Assembly: GCF_030013595.1 (NCBI RefSeq)
Contig: NZ_CP122771.1
DNA length: 64,000 nt
Origin: Escherichia coli
GTDB taxonomy: Bacteria > Pseudomonadota > Gammaproteobacteria > Enterobacterales > Enterobacteriaceae
Strand: one strand, 5' to 3'
The notes beneath the pieces are model-generated. The model had not been told where the DNA came from, ran no database searches, and saw only the letters and a list, made by a program, of their open reading frames with translations. The stretch's first letter is position 1. The number at the start of each line of letters is the position of its first letter. Below, piece by piece: positions 10,138 to 20,280 of the stretch. Made by a program: the position numbers and the translations under genes.

Positions 10138-10422
10138 ATGATAAGTAAACGCAGATTCTCTTTACCCCGGCTTGATATTACGGGAATGTGGGTATTTTCC
10201 CTGGGTGTCTGGTTTCATATCGTCGCCCGTCTTGTTTACAGCAAACCCTGGATGGCTTTTTTTCTGGCGGAGCTGATTGCGGCCATCCTTGTGCTGTTCG
10301 GCGCATACCAGGTGCTGGATGCATGGATTGCCCGTGTCAGCCGGGAAGAGCGTGAGGCACTGGAAGCCAGGCAACAGGCCATGATGGCAGAGCAGCAGGA
10401 GGGCGGACATGTCTCTCACTAA
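10138..10422 (+). CDS. traQ: TraQ, pilin chaperone
   Basis: 94 aa with N-terminus MISKRRFSLPRLDITGMWVF as recalled for F TraQ. Confidence 0.85.
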   Translation: MISKRRFSLPRLDITGMWVFSLGVWFHIVARLVYSKPWMAFFLAELIAAILVLFGAYQVLDAWIARVSREEREALEARQQAMMAEQQEGGHVSH

Positions 10423-10954
10423 ATTACTGCCGGTCATTTTGTTGATGATGGCCACAGGTGTGCAGGCCTCCACCCGGGATGAAATTGAACGACTCTGGAA
10501 TCCGCAGGGTATGGCCGCGCAGCCTGCACAACCGGCAGCAGACACATCAGCCAGGACAGAAAAGCCGGCTCCCCGCTGGTTCCGCCTCAGCAACGGCAGG
10601 CAGGTTAACCTGGCCGACTGGAAGGTGGTGCTGTTTATGCAGGGGCATTGCCCTTACTGCCACCAGTTTGACCCGGTACTGAAGCAGTTGGCACAGCAGT
10701 ACGGCTTTTCCGTTTTTCCCTACACCCTGGATGGTCAGGGGGATACCGCCTTTCCGGAAGCATTACCGGTGCCACCGGAGGTGATGCAGACCTTCTTCCC
10801 GAATATCCCGGTGGCCACACCGACCACCTTCCTGGTCAACGTCAACACGCTTGAGGCATTACCGCTTTTACAGGGGGCAACGGATGCCGCCGGTTTTATG
10901 GCGCGGATGGATACCGTTCTGCAGATGTACGGAGGAAAAAAAGGTGCGAAATAA
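10409..10954 (+). CDS. trbB: TrbB, periplasmic thioredoxin-like disulfide isomerase
   Basis: 181 aa, signal peptide, CPYC active-site motif; size as F TrbB. Confidence 0.9.
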   Translation: MSLTKLLPVILLMMATGVQASTRDEIERLWNPQGMAAQPAQPAADTSARTEKPAPRWFRLSNGRQVNLADWKVVLFMQGHCPYCHQFDPVLKQLAQQYGFSVFPYTLDGQGDTAFPEALPVPPEVMQTFFPNIPVATPTTFLVNVNTLEALPLLQGATDAAGFMARMDTVLQMYGGKKGAK

Positions 10955-11225
10955 GCAGGTGGTGTTACTCATTGCCGGAATATCCGGCATCGCGACGGGA
11001 ATAATCGTCAGCCTGAATATCCCCTTTATCCGTCAGGGGCTTTTTTATCCCGCCAGCCCTGTAGAAATTGTCGTTTCGCTGTGCCTTACCTTTTCTGTTT
11101 CTGTTGTGTTTTTTGTGGGGGCAATTGTGGGATGGATTTTGGTGTCTGAAATATATTACAGCTGCATGACCAGTCTGAATAAATTATCAGAAATATCAGA
11201 GGGAACTTATAATGAAAGAAAATAA
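10944..11225 (+). CDS. trbJ: TrbJ (GTG start overlapping the trbB stop)
   Basis: 93-aa hydrophobic protein in frame from GTG 10944; position and size as F TrbJ. Confidence 0.65.
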   Translation: MRNKQVVLLIAGISGIATGIIVSLNIPFIRQGLFYPASPVEIVVSLCLTFSVSVVFFVGAIVGWILVSEIYYSCMTSLNKLSEISEGTYNERK

Positions 11226-11604
11226 AAATAATCCTGAACTCAAAATCAGAAGTACAGAACGAGATTATAAATACATTTCCAGAATTACTGACAGGTATGC
11301 TGTATTGTCTCTGGTATTCCTGACTGCCGGAATTGTTTTATGGATAGTTATGAATATTATTTTTGATGCCTGTATTGATTCGTGGAAAGCGGACCCGGAA
11401 TTAAATAACGTACGTTATATGTGGAACATCCTGATGTATGCCATTCCGTGTACGTTATGGGCGCTTGCATCCGGCTTTTTTGTTGCGGGTTATCTGCTGC
11501 CTTTATGTGCGTTACCAGTCAGAAATATCAGGATATTCCTGTTGAAACGCCGTATGCGCCGGGAGAACACATTAAGGGAGGGCAGCAATAATGCTTCGCA
11601 TTAA
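11212..11604 (+). CDS. trbF: TrbF
   Basis: 130-aa membrane protein between trbJ and traH as in F. Confidence 0.7.
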   Translation: MKENKNNPELKIRSTERDYKYISRITDRYAVLSLVFLTAGIVLWIVMNIIFDACIDSWKADPELNNVRYMWNILMYAIPCTLWALASGFFVAGYLLPLCALPVRNIRIFLLKRRMRRENTLREGSNNASH

Positions 11605-12964
11605 GCCTCTTTTTATTCTTTGTGCCGCCTTACTGACGGTGACGCCTGCAGCGTCAGCGGATGTGAACAGCGACATGAATCAGTTCTTTAACAAGCTGGG
11701 CTTCGCCTCCAATACCACACAGTCGGGCGTCTGGCAGGGGCAGGCTGCCGGCTATGCTTACGGCGGCTCCCTGTATGCCCGTACTCAGGTCAAAAATGTT
11801 CAGCTGATTTCCATGACGCTGCCGGATATCAATGCCGGATGTGGCGGCATCGATGCCTACCTCGGTTCGTTCAGTTTTATTAATGGCGAGCAGCTGCAGC
11901 GTTTTGTTAAGCAGATTATGAGCAATGCTGCCGGTTACTTCTTTGACCTTGCCCTGCAGACAACGGTGCCGGAAATTAAAACCGCAAAAGACTTCCTGCA
12001 GAAAATGGCAAGCGACATTAACAGTATGAACCTCAGTTCCTGCCAGGCGGCGCAGGGGATTATCGGCGGGCTTTTCCCCCGGACGCAGGTGTCCCAGCAA
12101 AAAGTCTGTCAGGACATTGCCGGTGAGAGCAATATTTTTGCTGACTGGGCGGCTTCCCGGCAGGGATGTACCGTTGGCGGTAAATCTGACAGCGTCAGGG
12201 ATAAAGCCAGCGACAAGGATAAGGAGCGGGTGACCAAAAACATTAACATCATGTGGAATGCGCTTTCCAAAAACAGAATGTTTGACGGCAACAAAGAGCT
12301 GAAAGAGTTTGTGATGACGCTGACCGGCTCACTGGTGTTTGGTCCCAACGGCGAAATCACACCGCTGTCGGCCAGAACCTCTGACCGCTCAATTATCCGG
12401 GCCATGATGGAAGGCGGCACAGCAAAAATTTATCACTGCAACGATTCTGATAAATGCCTGAAAGTGGTGGCTGACACACCGGTGACCATCAGCCGGGATA
12501 ATGCACTGAAGTCTCAGATTACTAAACTTCTGGCCAGCATTCAGAACAAAGCGGTCAGTGACACGCCTCTGGATGACAAGGAAAAAGGTTTTATTTCCAG
12601 TACCACCATCCCCGTCTTCAAATACCTGGTTGACCCGCAGATGCTCGGTGTTTCCAACAGTATGATTTACCAGCTGACGGACTATATCGGTTACGACATC
12701 CTGCTGCAGTACATTCAGGAGCTGATACAGCAGGCCCGGGCGATGGTGGCCACGGGAAATTATGACGAAGCAGTTATCGAACATATTAACGACAATATGA
12801 ATGATGCCACCCGGCAGATTGCGGCGTTTCAGTCACAGGTGCAGGTACAGCAGGATGCGCTGCTGGTTGTCGATCGTCAGATGAGCTACATGCGTCAGCA
12901 GCTTTCCGCCCGCATGCTCAGTCGTTACCAGAACAACTATCACTTCGGAGGGAGCACACTGTGA
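11591..12964 (+). CDS. traH: TraH
   Basis: 457 aa with signal peptide MLRIKPLFILCAALLTVTPAASA; matches F TraH. Confidence 0.95.
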   Translation: MLRIKPLFILCAALLTVTPAASADVNSDMNQFFNKLGFASNTTQSGVWQGQAAGYAYGGSLYARTQVKNVQLISMTLPDINAGCGGIDAYLGSFSFINGEQLQRFVKQIMSNAAGYFFDLALQTTVPEIKTAKDFLQKMASDINSMNLSSCQAAQGIIGGLFPRTQVSQQKVCQDIAGESNIFADWAASRQGCTVGGKSDSVRDKASDKDKERVTKNINIMWNALSKNRMFDGNKELKEFVMTLTGSLVFGPNGEITPLSARTSDRSIIRAMMEGGTAKIYHCNDSDKCLKVVADTPVTISRDNALKSQITKLLASIQNKAVSDTPLDDKEKGFISSTTIPVFKYLVDPQMLGVSNSMIYQLTDYIGYDILLQYIQELIQQARAMVATGNYDEAVIEHINDNMNDATRQIAAFQSQVQVQQDALLVVDRQMSYMRQQLSARMLSRYQNNYHFGGSTL

Positions 12965-15783
12965 ATGAAGTTTATGTGATTGCCGGTGGTGAGTGGTTGC
13001 GGAATAACCTGAATGCCATTGCCGCCTTTATGGGGACCCGGACGTGGGATTCCATTGAAAAAATTGCGCTCACATTGTCTGTTCTCGCGGTGGCCGTAAT
13101 GTGGGTACAGCGGCACAACGTGATGGATTTGCTGGGCTGGGTGGCCGTGTTTGTGCTTATCAGCCTACTGGTTAATGTCCGCACATCGGTGCAGATTATT
13201 GATAACAGTGACCTGGTCAAAGTTCACCGGGTGGATAATGTGCCGGTCGGACTGGCGATGCCACTTTCACTGACGACCCGTATCGGGCATGCAATGGTGG
13301 CCAGTTACGAGATGATCTTCACGCAACCGGACAGTGTCACCTACAGCAAAACGGGGATGCTGTTTGGCGCAGAACTGGTATCAAAAAGCACCGACTTTTT
13401 GTCCCGTAATCCGGAGATCGCCAATCTTTTCCAGGATTATGTGCAGAACTGCGTGATGGGGGATATTTACCTGAACCACAAATACACGCTGGAGGAACTG
13501 ATGGCCTCCGCTGATCCTTACACGCTGATTTTTTCCCGCCCCAGTCCGCTGCGGGGCGTTTATGACAGCAATAATAATTTCGTGACCTGTAAGGACGCGT
13601 CGGTTTCGCTGAAAGACAAGCTGAATCTGGACACACAGAGTGGCGGAAAAACATGGCATTATTATGCCCAGCAGCTATTTGGTGGACGCCCTGATCCGAA
13701 CCTGTTGTTCAGTACGCTGATTGGCGACAGTTACAGTTACTTCTATGGCTCAAGTAAATCAGCCAGCCAGATCATCCGCCAGAATGTCACCATCAATGCG
13801 CTGAAGGAGGGGATCACCAGTTATGCCGCACGTAATGGTGATTCGGCCAGCCTGGTGAATCTGGCCACCACATCATCGATGGAGAAGCAACGTCTGGCAC
13901 ATGTCTCCATCGGTCATGTGGCGATGCGGACACTGCCCATGACGCAGACCATCCTGACGGGGATCGCCATCGGTATTTTCCCGCTCCTGGTACTGGCGGC
14001 TGTCTTCAACAAACTGACGCTGTCCGTCCTGAAAGGCTATGTGTTTGCCCTGATGTGGTTGCAGTCATGGCCAATGTTGTACGCCATTCTGAACAGCGCC
14101 ATGACATTTTATGCGAAGCAGAATGGTGCACCGGTGGTGCTCTCGGAAATTTCACAGATACAGCTGAAATACTCCGATCTGGCTTCCACTGCCGGGTATC
14201 TTTCCATGATGATCCCGCCATTATCCTGGATGATGGTCAGGGGGCTCGGGGCAGGATTTTCCAGTGTGTACAGCCATTTCGCTTCCTCTGCTATCAGCCC
14301 GACCGCCAGTGCAGCAGGCAGTGTGGTTGACGGTAATTACTCCTACGGCAACATGCAGACGGAGAACGTGAACGGCTTCAGCTGGAGCACCAACAGCACC
14401 ACGTCGTTTGGTCAGATGATGTACCAGACCGGCAGTGGCGCAACCGCCACACAGACCCGTGACGGTAATATGGTGATGGATGCAAGCGGAGCTATGTCCC
14501 GGTTACCGGTCGGCATCAATGCAACGCGTCAGATTGCGGCAGCACAACAGGAAATGGCCCGGGAAGCATCGAACAGAGCAGAAAGTGCCCTGCATGGTTT
14601 CAGCAGCAGTATTGCCAGTGCCTGGAACACGCTCAGTCAGTTTGGTTCTAACCGGGGGAGCAGTGACTCTGTCACCGGTGGTGCTGACAGTACGATGAGT
14701 GCACAGGACTCCATGATGGCCAGCCGTATGCGCAGTGCAGTGGAAAGCTATGCGAAGGCGCATAATATCAGTAATGAGCAGGCGACTCAGGAACTGGCAT
14801 CCAGAAGTACGAGAGCTTCTGCCGGGATGTATGGAGATGCTCATGCTGAATGGGGGGTTAAACCTAAAATTCTTGGTGTTGGTGGCGGCTTAGGTGTTAA
14901 AGGTGGTGGTCGCGCTGGTATTGATTGGGAAGATAATGATGCGCATACGGCAAGTAGTAATACTCAGTCGAGCCATAATGCTCGTCATGATATCGATGCC
15001 AGAGCTACACAAGACTTTAAAGAGGCCAGCGATTACTTTACCAGTCGCAAGGTCAGTGAGTCCGGCAGCCATACTGACAATAATGCTGATTCCCGTGTGG
15101 ATCAGTTGTCTGCAGCCCTGAATTCAGCGAAGCAGAGTTACGACCAGTTCACGACGAATATGACCCGCAGCCATGAATATGCTGAAATGGCATCCCGTAC
15201 TGAAAGCATGAGTGGGCAGATGAGTGAAGACTTGTCGCAACAGTTTGCACAGTATGTAATGAAACACGCGCCACAGGATGCAGAAGCTATTCTGACAAAC
15301 ACCAGTTCACCGGAGATTGCAGAACGTCGTCGGGCGATGGCCTGGTCTTTTGTGCAGGAACAGGTACAGCCTGGTGTTGATAATGCCTGGCGGGAATCCC
15401 GTGGCGATATTGGTAAAGGAATGGAGAGCGTACCTTCGGGTGGTGGCAGTCAGGATATTATTGCTGACCATCAGGGACATCAGGCCATTATTGAGCAAAG
15501 AACGCAGGACAGTAATATCCGTAATGATGTAAAACATCAGGTTGATAATATGGTCACAGAATATAAAGGGAATATAGGTGATACTCAGAACAGCATACGT
15601 GGCGAGGAAAATATTGTAAGAGGACAGTATTCTGAGCTGCAGAATCACCATAAAACAGAGGCATTATCTCAGGATAATAAATATAATGAAGAAAAGTCGG
15701 CTCAGGAAAGAATGCCCGGGGCTGACAGTCCACAGGAACTTATGAAAAGGGCAAAGGAATATCAGGATAAGTATAAGCAATAA
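12961..15783 (+). CDS. traG: TraG (mating-pair stabilisation / entry exclusion target)
   Basis: 940 aa with N-terminal membrane domain and large periplasmic C-terminal domain; size as F TraG. Confidence 0.95.
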   Translation: MNEVYVIAGGEWLRNNLNAIAAFMGTRTWDSIEKIALTLSVLAVAVMWVQRHNVMDLLGWVAVFVLISLLVNVRTSVQIIDNSDLVKVHRVDNVPVGLAMPLSLTTRIGHAMVASYEMIFTQPDSVTYSKTGMLFGAELVSKSTDFLSRNPEIANLFQDYVQNCVMGDIYLNHKYTLEELMASADPYTLIFSRPSPLRGVYDSNNNFVTCKDASVSLKDKLNLDTQSGGKTWHYYAQQLFGGRPDPNLLFSTLIGDSYSYFYGSSKSASQIIRQNVTINALKEGITSYAARNGDSASLVNLATTSSMEKQRLAHVSIGHVAMRTLPMTQTILTGIAIGIFPLLVLAAVFNKLTLSVLKGYVFALMWLQSWPMLYAILNSAMTFYAKQNGAPVVLSEISQIQLKYSDLASTAGYLSMMIPPLSWMMVRGLGAGFSSVYSHFASSAISPTASAAGSVVDGNYSYGNMQTENVNGFSWSTNSTTSFGQMMYQTGSGATATQTRDGNMVMDASGAMSRLPVGINATRQIAAAQQEMAREASNRAESALHGFSSSIASAWNTLSQFGSNRGSSDSVTGGADSTMSAQDSMMASRMRSAVESYAKAHNISNEQATQELASRSTRASAGMYGDAHAEWGVKPKILGVGGGLGVKGGGRAGIDWEDNDAHTASSNTQSSHNARHDIDARATQDFKEASDYFTSRKVSESGSHTDNNADSRVDQLSAALNSAKQSYDQFTTNMTRSHEYAEMASRTESMSGQMSEDLSQQFAQYVMKHAPQDAEAILTNTSSPEIAERRRAMAWSFVQEQVQPGVDNAWRESRGDIGKGMESVPSGGGSQDIIADHQGHQAIIEQRTQDSNIRNDVKHQVDNMVTEYKGNIGDTQNSIRGEENIVRGQYSELQNHHKTEALSQDNKYNEEKSAQERMPGADSPQELMKRAKEYQDKYKQ

Positions 15784-15804
15784 TGCTGTTTTTGGGAGAT
15801 GATA

Positions 15805-16284
15805 ATGAGATGTTTAACCCATATTGCTCTGGTAGCGGTGATACAGTTTATCGCCTGTTATCTGGCTGGTTGGGAGAATGCCGAAACAATTTTTATGCTG
15901 TTCTTCATAGTACTATGGCAGGGACTGTTTATATGGTTGTTCTCTCAAATACGAAAAAAACGGAATGTGTCGGATGAGTTTAAGTTTAGTAAAGGCGTTT
16001 GGTATATAACGATGCCAGTATCTTCCTTACTCTCTCCATTATTAAGCCTGATGGTTTTTATCATTGGTACACTATACGAATTAAGGCGAGTTAGTGGTTG
16101 TGTAAGTGTAAGAGAATGGATGCAATCTCAGGTAAATGAACAAACTAATGAAGATTTGCATCTGGATTTTGATAATATGGATTTTCATCGTACTAATCCT
16201 GCAACAGGATTACCTATGTCAGGTATTGGTGTGGATATCGGTGGTAATTCATATGGTTATTGTTCAAAACGATATGATGAGTGA
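15805..16284 (+). CDS. traS: TraS, entry-exclusion inner-membrane protein
   Basis: AT-rich hydrophobic ORF between traG and traT; RBS gggag 6 nt before ATG 15805; TraS is position-conserved but sequence-variable. Confidence 0.65.
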   Translation: MRCLTHIALVAVIQFIACYLAGWENAETIFMLFFIVLWQGLFIWLFSQIRKKRNVSDEFKFSKGVWYITMPVSSLLSPLLSLMVFIIGTLYELRRVSGCVSVREWMQSQVNEQTNEDLHLDFDNMDFHRTNPATGLPMSGIGVDIGGNSYGYCSKRYDE

Positions 16285-16332
16285 ATCTTAATTTGTATAT
16301 TATGACGTTTTATTCAATATGAAGGAACATTG

Positions 16333-17064
16333 ATGAAAATGAAAAAATTGATGATGGTTGCACTGGTCAGTTCCACTCTGGCCCTTTCAGGGTGTGGTGC
16401 GATGAGCACAGCAATCAAGAAGCGTAACCTTGAGGTGAAGACTCAGATGAGTGAGACCATCTGGCTTGAACCCGCCAGCGAACGCACGGTATTTCTGCAG
16501 ATCAAAAACACGTCTGATAAAGACATGAGTGGGCTGCAGGGCAAAATTGCTGATGCTGTGAAAGCAAAAGGATATCAGGTGGTGACTTCTCCGGATAAAG
16601 CCTACTACTGGATTCAGGCGAATGTGCTGAAGGCCGATAAGATGGATCTGCGGGAATCTCAGGGATGGCTGAACCGTGGTTATGAAGGCGCAGCAGTTGG
16701 TGCAGCGTTAGGTGCCGGTATCACCGGATATAATTCCAGTTCTGCCGGTGCCACACTCGGTGTGGGCCTTGCTGCCGGTCTGGTGGGTATGGCTGCAGAT
16801 GCGATGGTGGAAGATGTGAACTATACCATGATCACGGATGTGCAGATTGCAGAGCGTACTAAGGCAACGGTGACAACGGATAATGTTGCCGCCCTGCGTC
16901 AGGGCACATCAGGTGCGAAAATTCAGACCAGTACTGAAACAGGTAACCAGCATAAATACCAGACCCGTGTGGTCTCAAATGCGAACAAGGTTAACCTGAA
17001 ATTTGAAGAGGCGAAGCCTGTTCTCGAAGACCAGCTGGCCAAATCAATCGCAAATATTCTCTGA
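16333..17064 (+). CDS. traT: TraT, surface-exclusion and serum-resistance lipoprotein
   Basis: Lipobox LALSGC; near-identity to recalled F TraT (…[49 protein letters not shown]…). Confidence 0.9.
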   Translation: MKMKKLMMVALVSSTLALSGCGAMSTAIKKRNLEVKTQMSETIWLEPASERTVFLQIKNTSDKDMSGLQGKIADAVKAKGYQVVTSPDKAYYWIQANVLKADKMDLRESQGWLNRGYEGAAVGAALGAGITGYNSSSAGATLGVGLAAGLVGMAADAMVEDVNYTMITDVQIAERTKATVTTDNVAALRQGTSGAKIQTSTETGNQHKYQTRVVSNANKVNLKFEEAKPVLEDQLAKSIANIL

Positions 17065-17072
17065 ACCTCGTC

Positions 17073-17097
17073 AGGAGGCTGGTCTGACCGGCCTCCT
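17073..17097 (+). terminator. Hairpin immediately after traT
   Basis: Inverted repeat AGGAGGCTGGTC / GACCGGCCTCCT directly downstream of the traT stop. Confidence 0.45.
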
Positions 17098-17266
17098 TGC
17101 TGACGCCTCGCGTTGCTCGTTGTCCAACCCCGGGACGTAACAAAATAAATTTTGTCACTTCCCGGCGTTTCCGAAATAAATATGAAAACACTGAGCGGTT
17201 GTGCAAATTCTTTGTGCGACCGTGAAGTGTTGCCGGCGAAGCCGGGATCTTCCGGAGAAAGTCATT

Positions 17267-18004
17267 ATGACATCAGACAATATCGCTGAATATGTTGGTG
17301 AGAATAATCAATTTACTGAGAAGCCTGTAACTGAATACCCCCCGGTGATACAGGATAATACAGTGACCACTAAAGACTATCTGTACAGCAATAATATTGA
17401 TACTGACCTTTTAGTGGTTATCGGAGGGCTTATTGTTATATTGTTTCTCATGATGCTTATCATGTACTTTATTAATTCTCTCAGGCATAAGGAATTAACT
17501 GAAATACTGACAAAAATATCTTTTCCTGAAAAATCCGGGAGCAATTCGCTTAAACCGGAAGCGGTCAGCTGTAATTTGTTGTCCCTGTGTGTGCTGGCAC
17601 CGGTATTCTTTACACCCAGAAAGCTGGCTGAAGTTTCCAGGGAGATCATCGTGGCGAGTGCGCAGGAAATTGCATGGACGCCGGGGAGCAGTCGTATTGA
17701 TGGCCACCAGGCGGAGAATATCACCTGGGCGATTTCATCGCAGTCTCCTGCCGATAAGTATGATCTCATCAATAAAACCTCCCGTGTTTCTCCTGACAGT
17801 GGCCGTTTTTATGAACCGGACACAGTTCTGGATCACCGTGAACGGGTACGCCTTTTTATTCAGATCCAGTTTCCGCATGGGAGTGACTGGTCTGAAGTAT
17901 TGCGCCTGACTGACATTGTTACAGAGAAGGTCTCTTCCGGCAGGGCTGCAGGCGGGTATCACCACCGACATACAGGGTACACCTGGTCTGTTTCTGTGAA
18001 TTAA
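17267..18004 (+). CDS. Hypothetical membrane protein between traT and traD
   Basis: RBS ggaga then ATG 17267; one predicted TM segment [22 protein letters not shown]; 246 aa. Confidence 0.5.
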   Translation: MTSDNIAEYVGENNQFTEKPVTEYPPVIQDNTVTTKDYLYSNNIDTDLLVVIGGLIVILFLMMLIMYFINSLRHKELTEILTKISFPEKSGSNSLKPEAVSCNLLSLCVLAPVFFTPRKLAEVSREIIVASAQEIAWTPGSSRIDGHQAENITWAISSQSPADKYDLINKTSRVSPDSGRFYEPDTVLDHRERVRLFIQIQFPHGSDWSEVLRLTDIVTEKVSSGRAAGGYHHRHTGYTWSVSVN

Positions 18005-18054
18005 CCCCACATCATCCTTTTCTGCCCTGTTCCAGATTTTCCCGGAGTTTCATC

Positions 18055-20280
18055 ATGAGTTTTAACGCAAAGGATATGACCCAGGGCGGTCAGATTGCGT
18101 CCATGCGTATCCGCATGTTCAGCCAGATCGCCAATATCATGCTTTACTGCCTGTTTATTTTTTTCTGGATACTCGTTGGTCTGATTTTATGGGTAAAAAT
18201 AAGCTGGCAGACGTTTGTGAACGGCTGTATTTACTGGTGGTGTACCACGCTGGAAGGCATGCGGGATTTAATCAAGTCCCAGCCAGTATATGAGATCCAG
18301 TATTACGGCAAAACCTTCCGGATGAACGCGGCTCAGGTACTGCATGATAAATACATGATCTGGTGCGGTGAGCAGCTATGGTCCGCATTCGTTCTGGCGT
18401 CTGTCGTGGCCCTGGTTATTTGCCTGATTACCTTCTTTGTTGTTTCCTGGATTCTGGGGCGTCAGGGTAAACAACAGAGCGAAAATGAAGTCACAGGTGG
18501 TCGTCAGCTGACAGACAATCCGAAAGATGTTGCCCGGATGCTGAAAAAAGACGGCAAGGACTCCGATATCCGGATTGGCGACCTGCCGATTATCCGAGAT
18601 TCCGAAATCCAGAACTTCTGTCTGCACGGCACAGTCGGGGCCGGTAAGTCGGAGGTTATCCGTCGTCTGGCCAACTACGCCCGTAAGCGTGGTGATATGG
18701 TGGTGATTTATGACCGTTCAGGGGAATTTGTTAAAAGTTACTATGATCCCTCCATCGATAAAATCCTGAATCCGCTGGATGCCCGCTGTGCCGCATGGGA
18801 TTTGTGGAAGGAGTGCCTGACACAGCCGGATTTTGATAATACCGCGAACACGCTGATCCCTATGGGTACAAAAGAGGACCCGTTCTGGCAGGGGTCAGGA
18901 CGTACCATTTTTGCGGAAGCGGCGTACCTGATGCGTAATGACCCCAACCGCAGCTACAGCAAACTGGTGGACACACTGCTTTCCATCAAAATCGAAAAAC
19001 TGCGTACCTTCCTGCGTAATTCACCGGCAGCCAACCTGGTGGAAGAGAAAATTGAGAAAACGGCGATTTCCATCCGTGCTGTGCTGACCAACTACGTGAA
19101 AGCCATCCGTTACCTGCAGGGGATTGAGCATAACGGTGAGTCTTTTACCATCCGTGACTGGATGCGTGGTGTCCGGGAAGATCAGAAAAACGGCTGGCTG
19201 TTTATCTCGTCGAATGCCGACACCCATGCCTCCCTGAAGCCGGTGATCTCCATGTGGCTGTCCATTGCCATTCGTGGTCTGCTGGCAATGGGAGAAAACC
19301 GTAATCGTCGTGTGTGGTTTTTCTGTGACGAGTTACCCACGTTACACAAACTGCCGGACCTGGTGGAGATCCTGCCGGAAGCCCGTAAGTTCGGTGGCTG
19401 TTATGTGTTTGGTATCCAGTCCTATGCCCAGCTGGAAGATATCTACGGTGAGAAAGCGGCGGCCACGCTGTTTGACGTCATGAACACCCGTGCCTTTTTC
19501 CGTTCTCCCAGCCATAAGATTGCAGAGTTCGCTGCCGGTGAAATTGGTGAGAAAGAGCACCTGAAAGCCAGCGAGCAGTATTCCTACGGTGCTGACCCGG
19601 TACGTGACGGGGTATCGACCGGTAAGGATATGGAGCGTCAGACGCTGGTCAGTTATTCCGACATTCAGTCTCTGCCGGATCTGACCTGTTATGTCACTCT
19701 GCCCGGACCGTATCCGGCAGTCAAACTCTCTCTGAAATATCAGGCACGTCCGAAGGTTGCCCCGGAGTTTATTCCGCGTGACATCAACCCGGAAATGGAG
19801 AACCGTCTGAGTGCCGTACTTGCCGCAAGGGAAGCAGAAGGTCGCCAGATGGCCAGCCTCTTCGAACCGGAGGTTGCCTCCGGAGAAGGCGTGACTCAGG
19901 CTGAACAGCCACAACAGCCACAACAGCCACAACAGCCACAACAGCCACAACAGCCACAACAGCCACAACAGCCACAACAGCCACAACAGCCACAACAGCC
20001 AGTGTCTTCTGTCATCAATGATAAGAAGTCAGATGCAGGTGTGAGTGTTCCGGCAGGGGGGATCGAGCAGGAGCTGAAAATGAAACCGGAAGAAGAGATG
20101 GAACAGCAACTGCCACCCGGGATCAGTGAATCCGGTGAAGTGGTGGATATGGCCGCTTATGAGGCATGGCAACAGGAAAATCATCCGGACATCCAGCAGC
20201 ATATGCAGCGTCGTGAAGAGGTGAACATTAATGTACACCGGGAGCGCGGGGAGGATGTTGAGCCGGGAGATGATTTCTGA
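18055..20280 (+). CDS. traD: TraD, type IV coupling protein
   Basis: 741 aa, N-terminal TM segments, Walker [10 protein letters not shown]-terminal QQP repeat tract and acidic tail as in F/R100 TraD. Confidence 0.95.
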   Translation: MSFNAKDMTQGGQIASMRIRMFSQIANIMLYCLFIFFWILVGLILWVKISWQTFVNGCIYWWCTTLEGMRDLIKSQPVYEIQYYGKTFRMNAAQVLHDKYMIWCGEQLWSAFVLASVVALVICLITFFVVSWILGRQGKQQSENEVTGGRQLTDNPKDVARMLKKDGKDSDIRIGDLPIIRDSEIQNFCLHGTVGAGKSEVIRRLANYARKRGDMVVIYDRSGEFVKSYYDPSIDKILNPLDARCAAWDLWKECLTQPDFDNTANTLIPMGTKEDPFWQGSGRTIFAEAAYLMRNDPNRSYSKLVDTLLSIKIEKLRTFLRNSPAANLVEEKIEKTAISIRAVLTNYVKAIRYLQGIEHNGESFTIRDWMRGVREDQKNGWLFISSNADTHASLKPVISMWLSIAIRGLLAMGENRNRRVWFFCDELPTLHKLPDLVEILPEARKFGGCYVFGIQSYAQLEDIYGEKAAATLFDVMNTRAFFRSPSHKIAEFAAGEIGEKEHLKASEQYSYGADPVRDGVSTGKDMERQTLVSYSDIQSLPDLTCYVTLPGPYPAVKLSLKYQARPKVAPEFIPRDINPEMENRLSAVLAAREAEGRQMASLFEPEVASGEGVTQAEQPQQPQQPQQPQQPQQPQQPQQPQQPQQPQQPVSSVINDKKSDAGVSVPAGGIEQELKMKPEEEMEQQLPPGISESGEVVDMAAYEAWQQENHPDIQQHMQRREEVNINVHRERGEDVEPGDDF
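19906..19995 (+). repeat. Tandem 9-bp repeat (cagccacaa) x10 encoding the (QQP)n tract of TraD
   Basis: Ten perfect 9-bp units read directly in the sequence. Confidence 0.9.

Noticed and set aside
19342-19995. 217-aa minus-strand ORF beginning with a (WLL)n repeat
   Set aside because: It is the reverse-complement reading of the TraD QQP repeat; an artefact of the tandem repeat.
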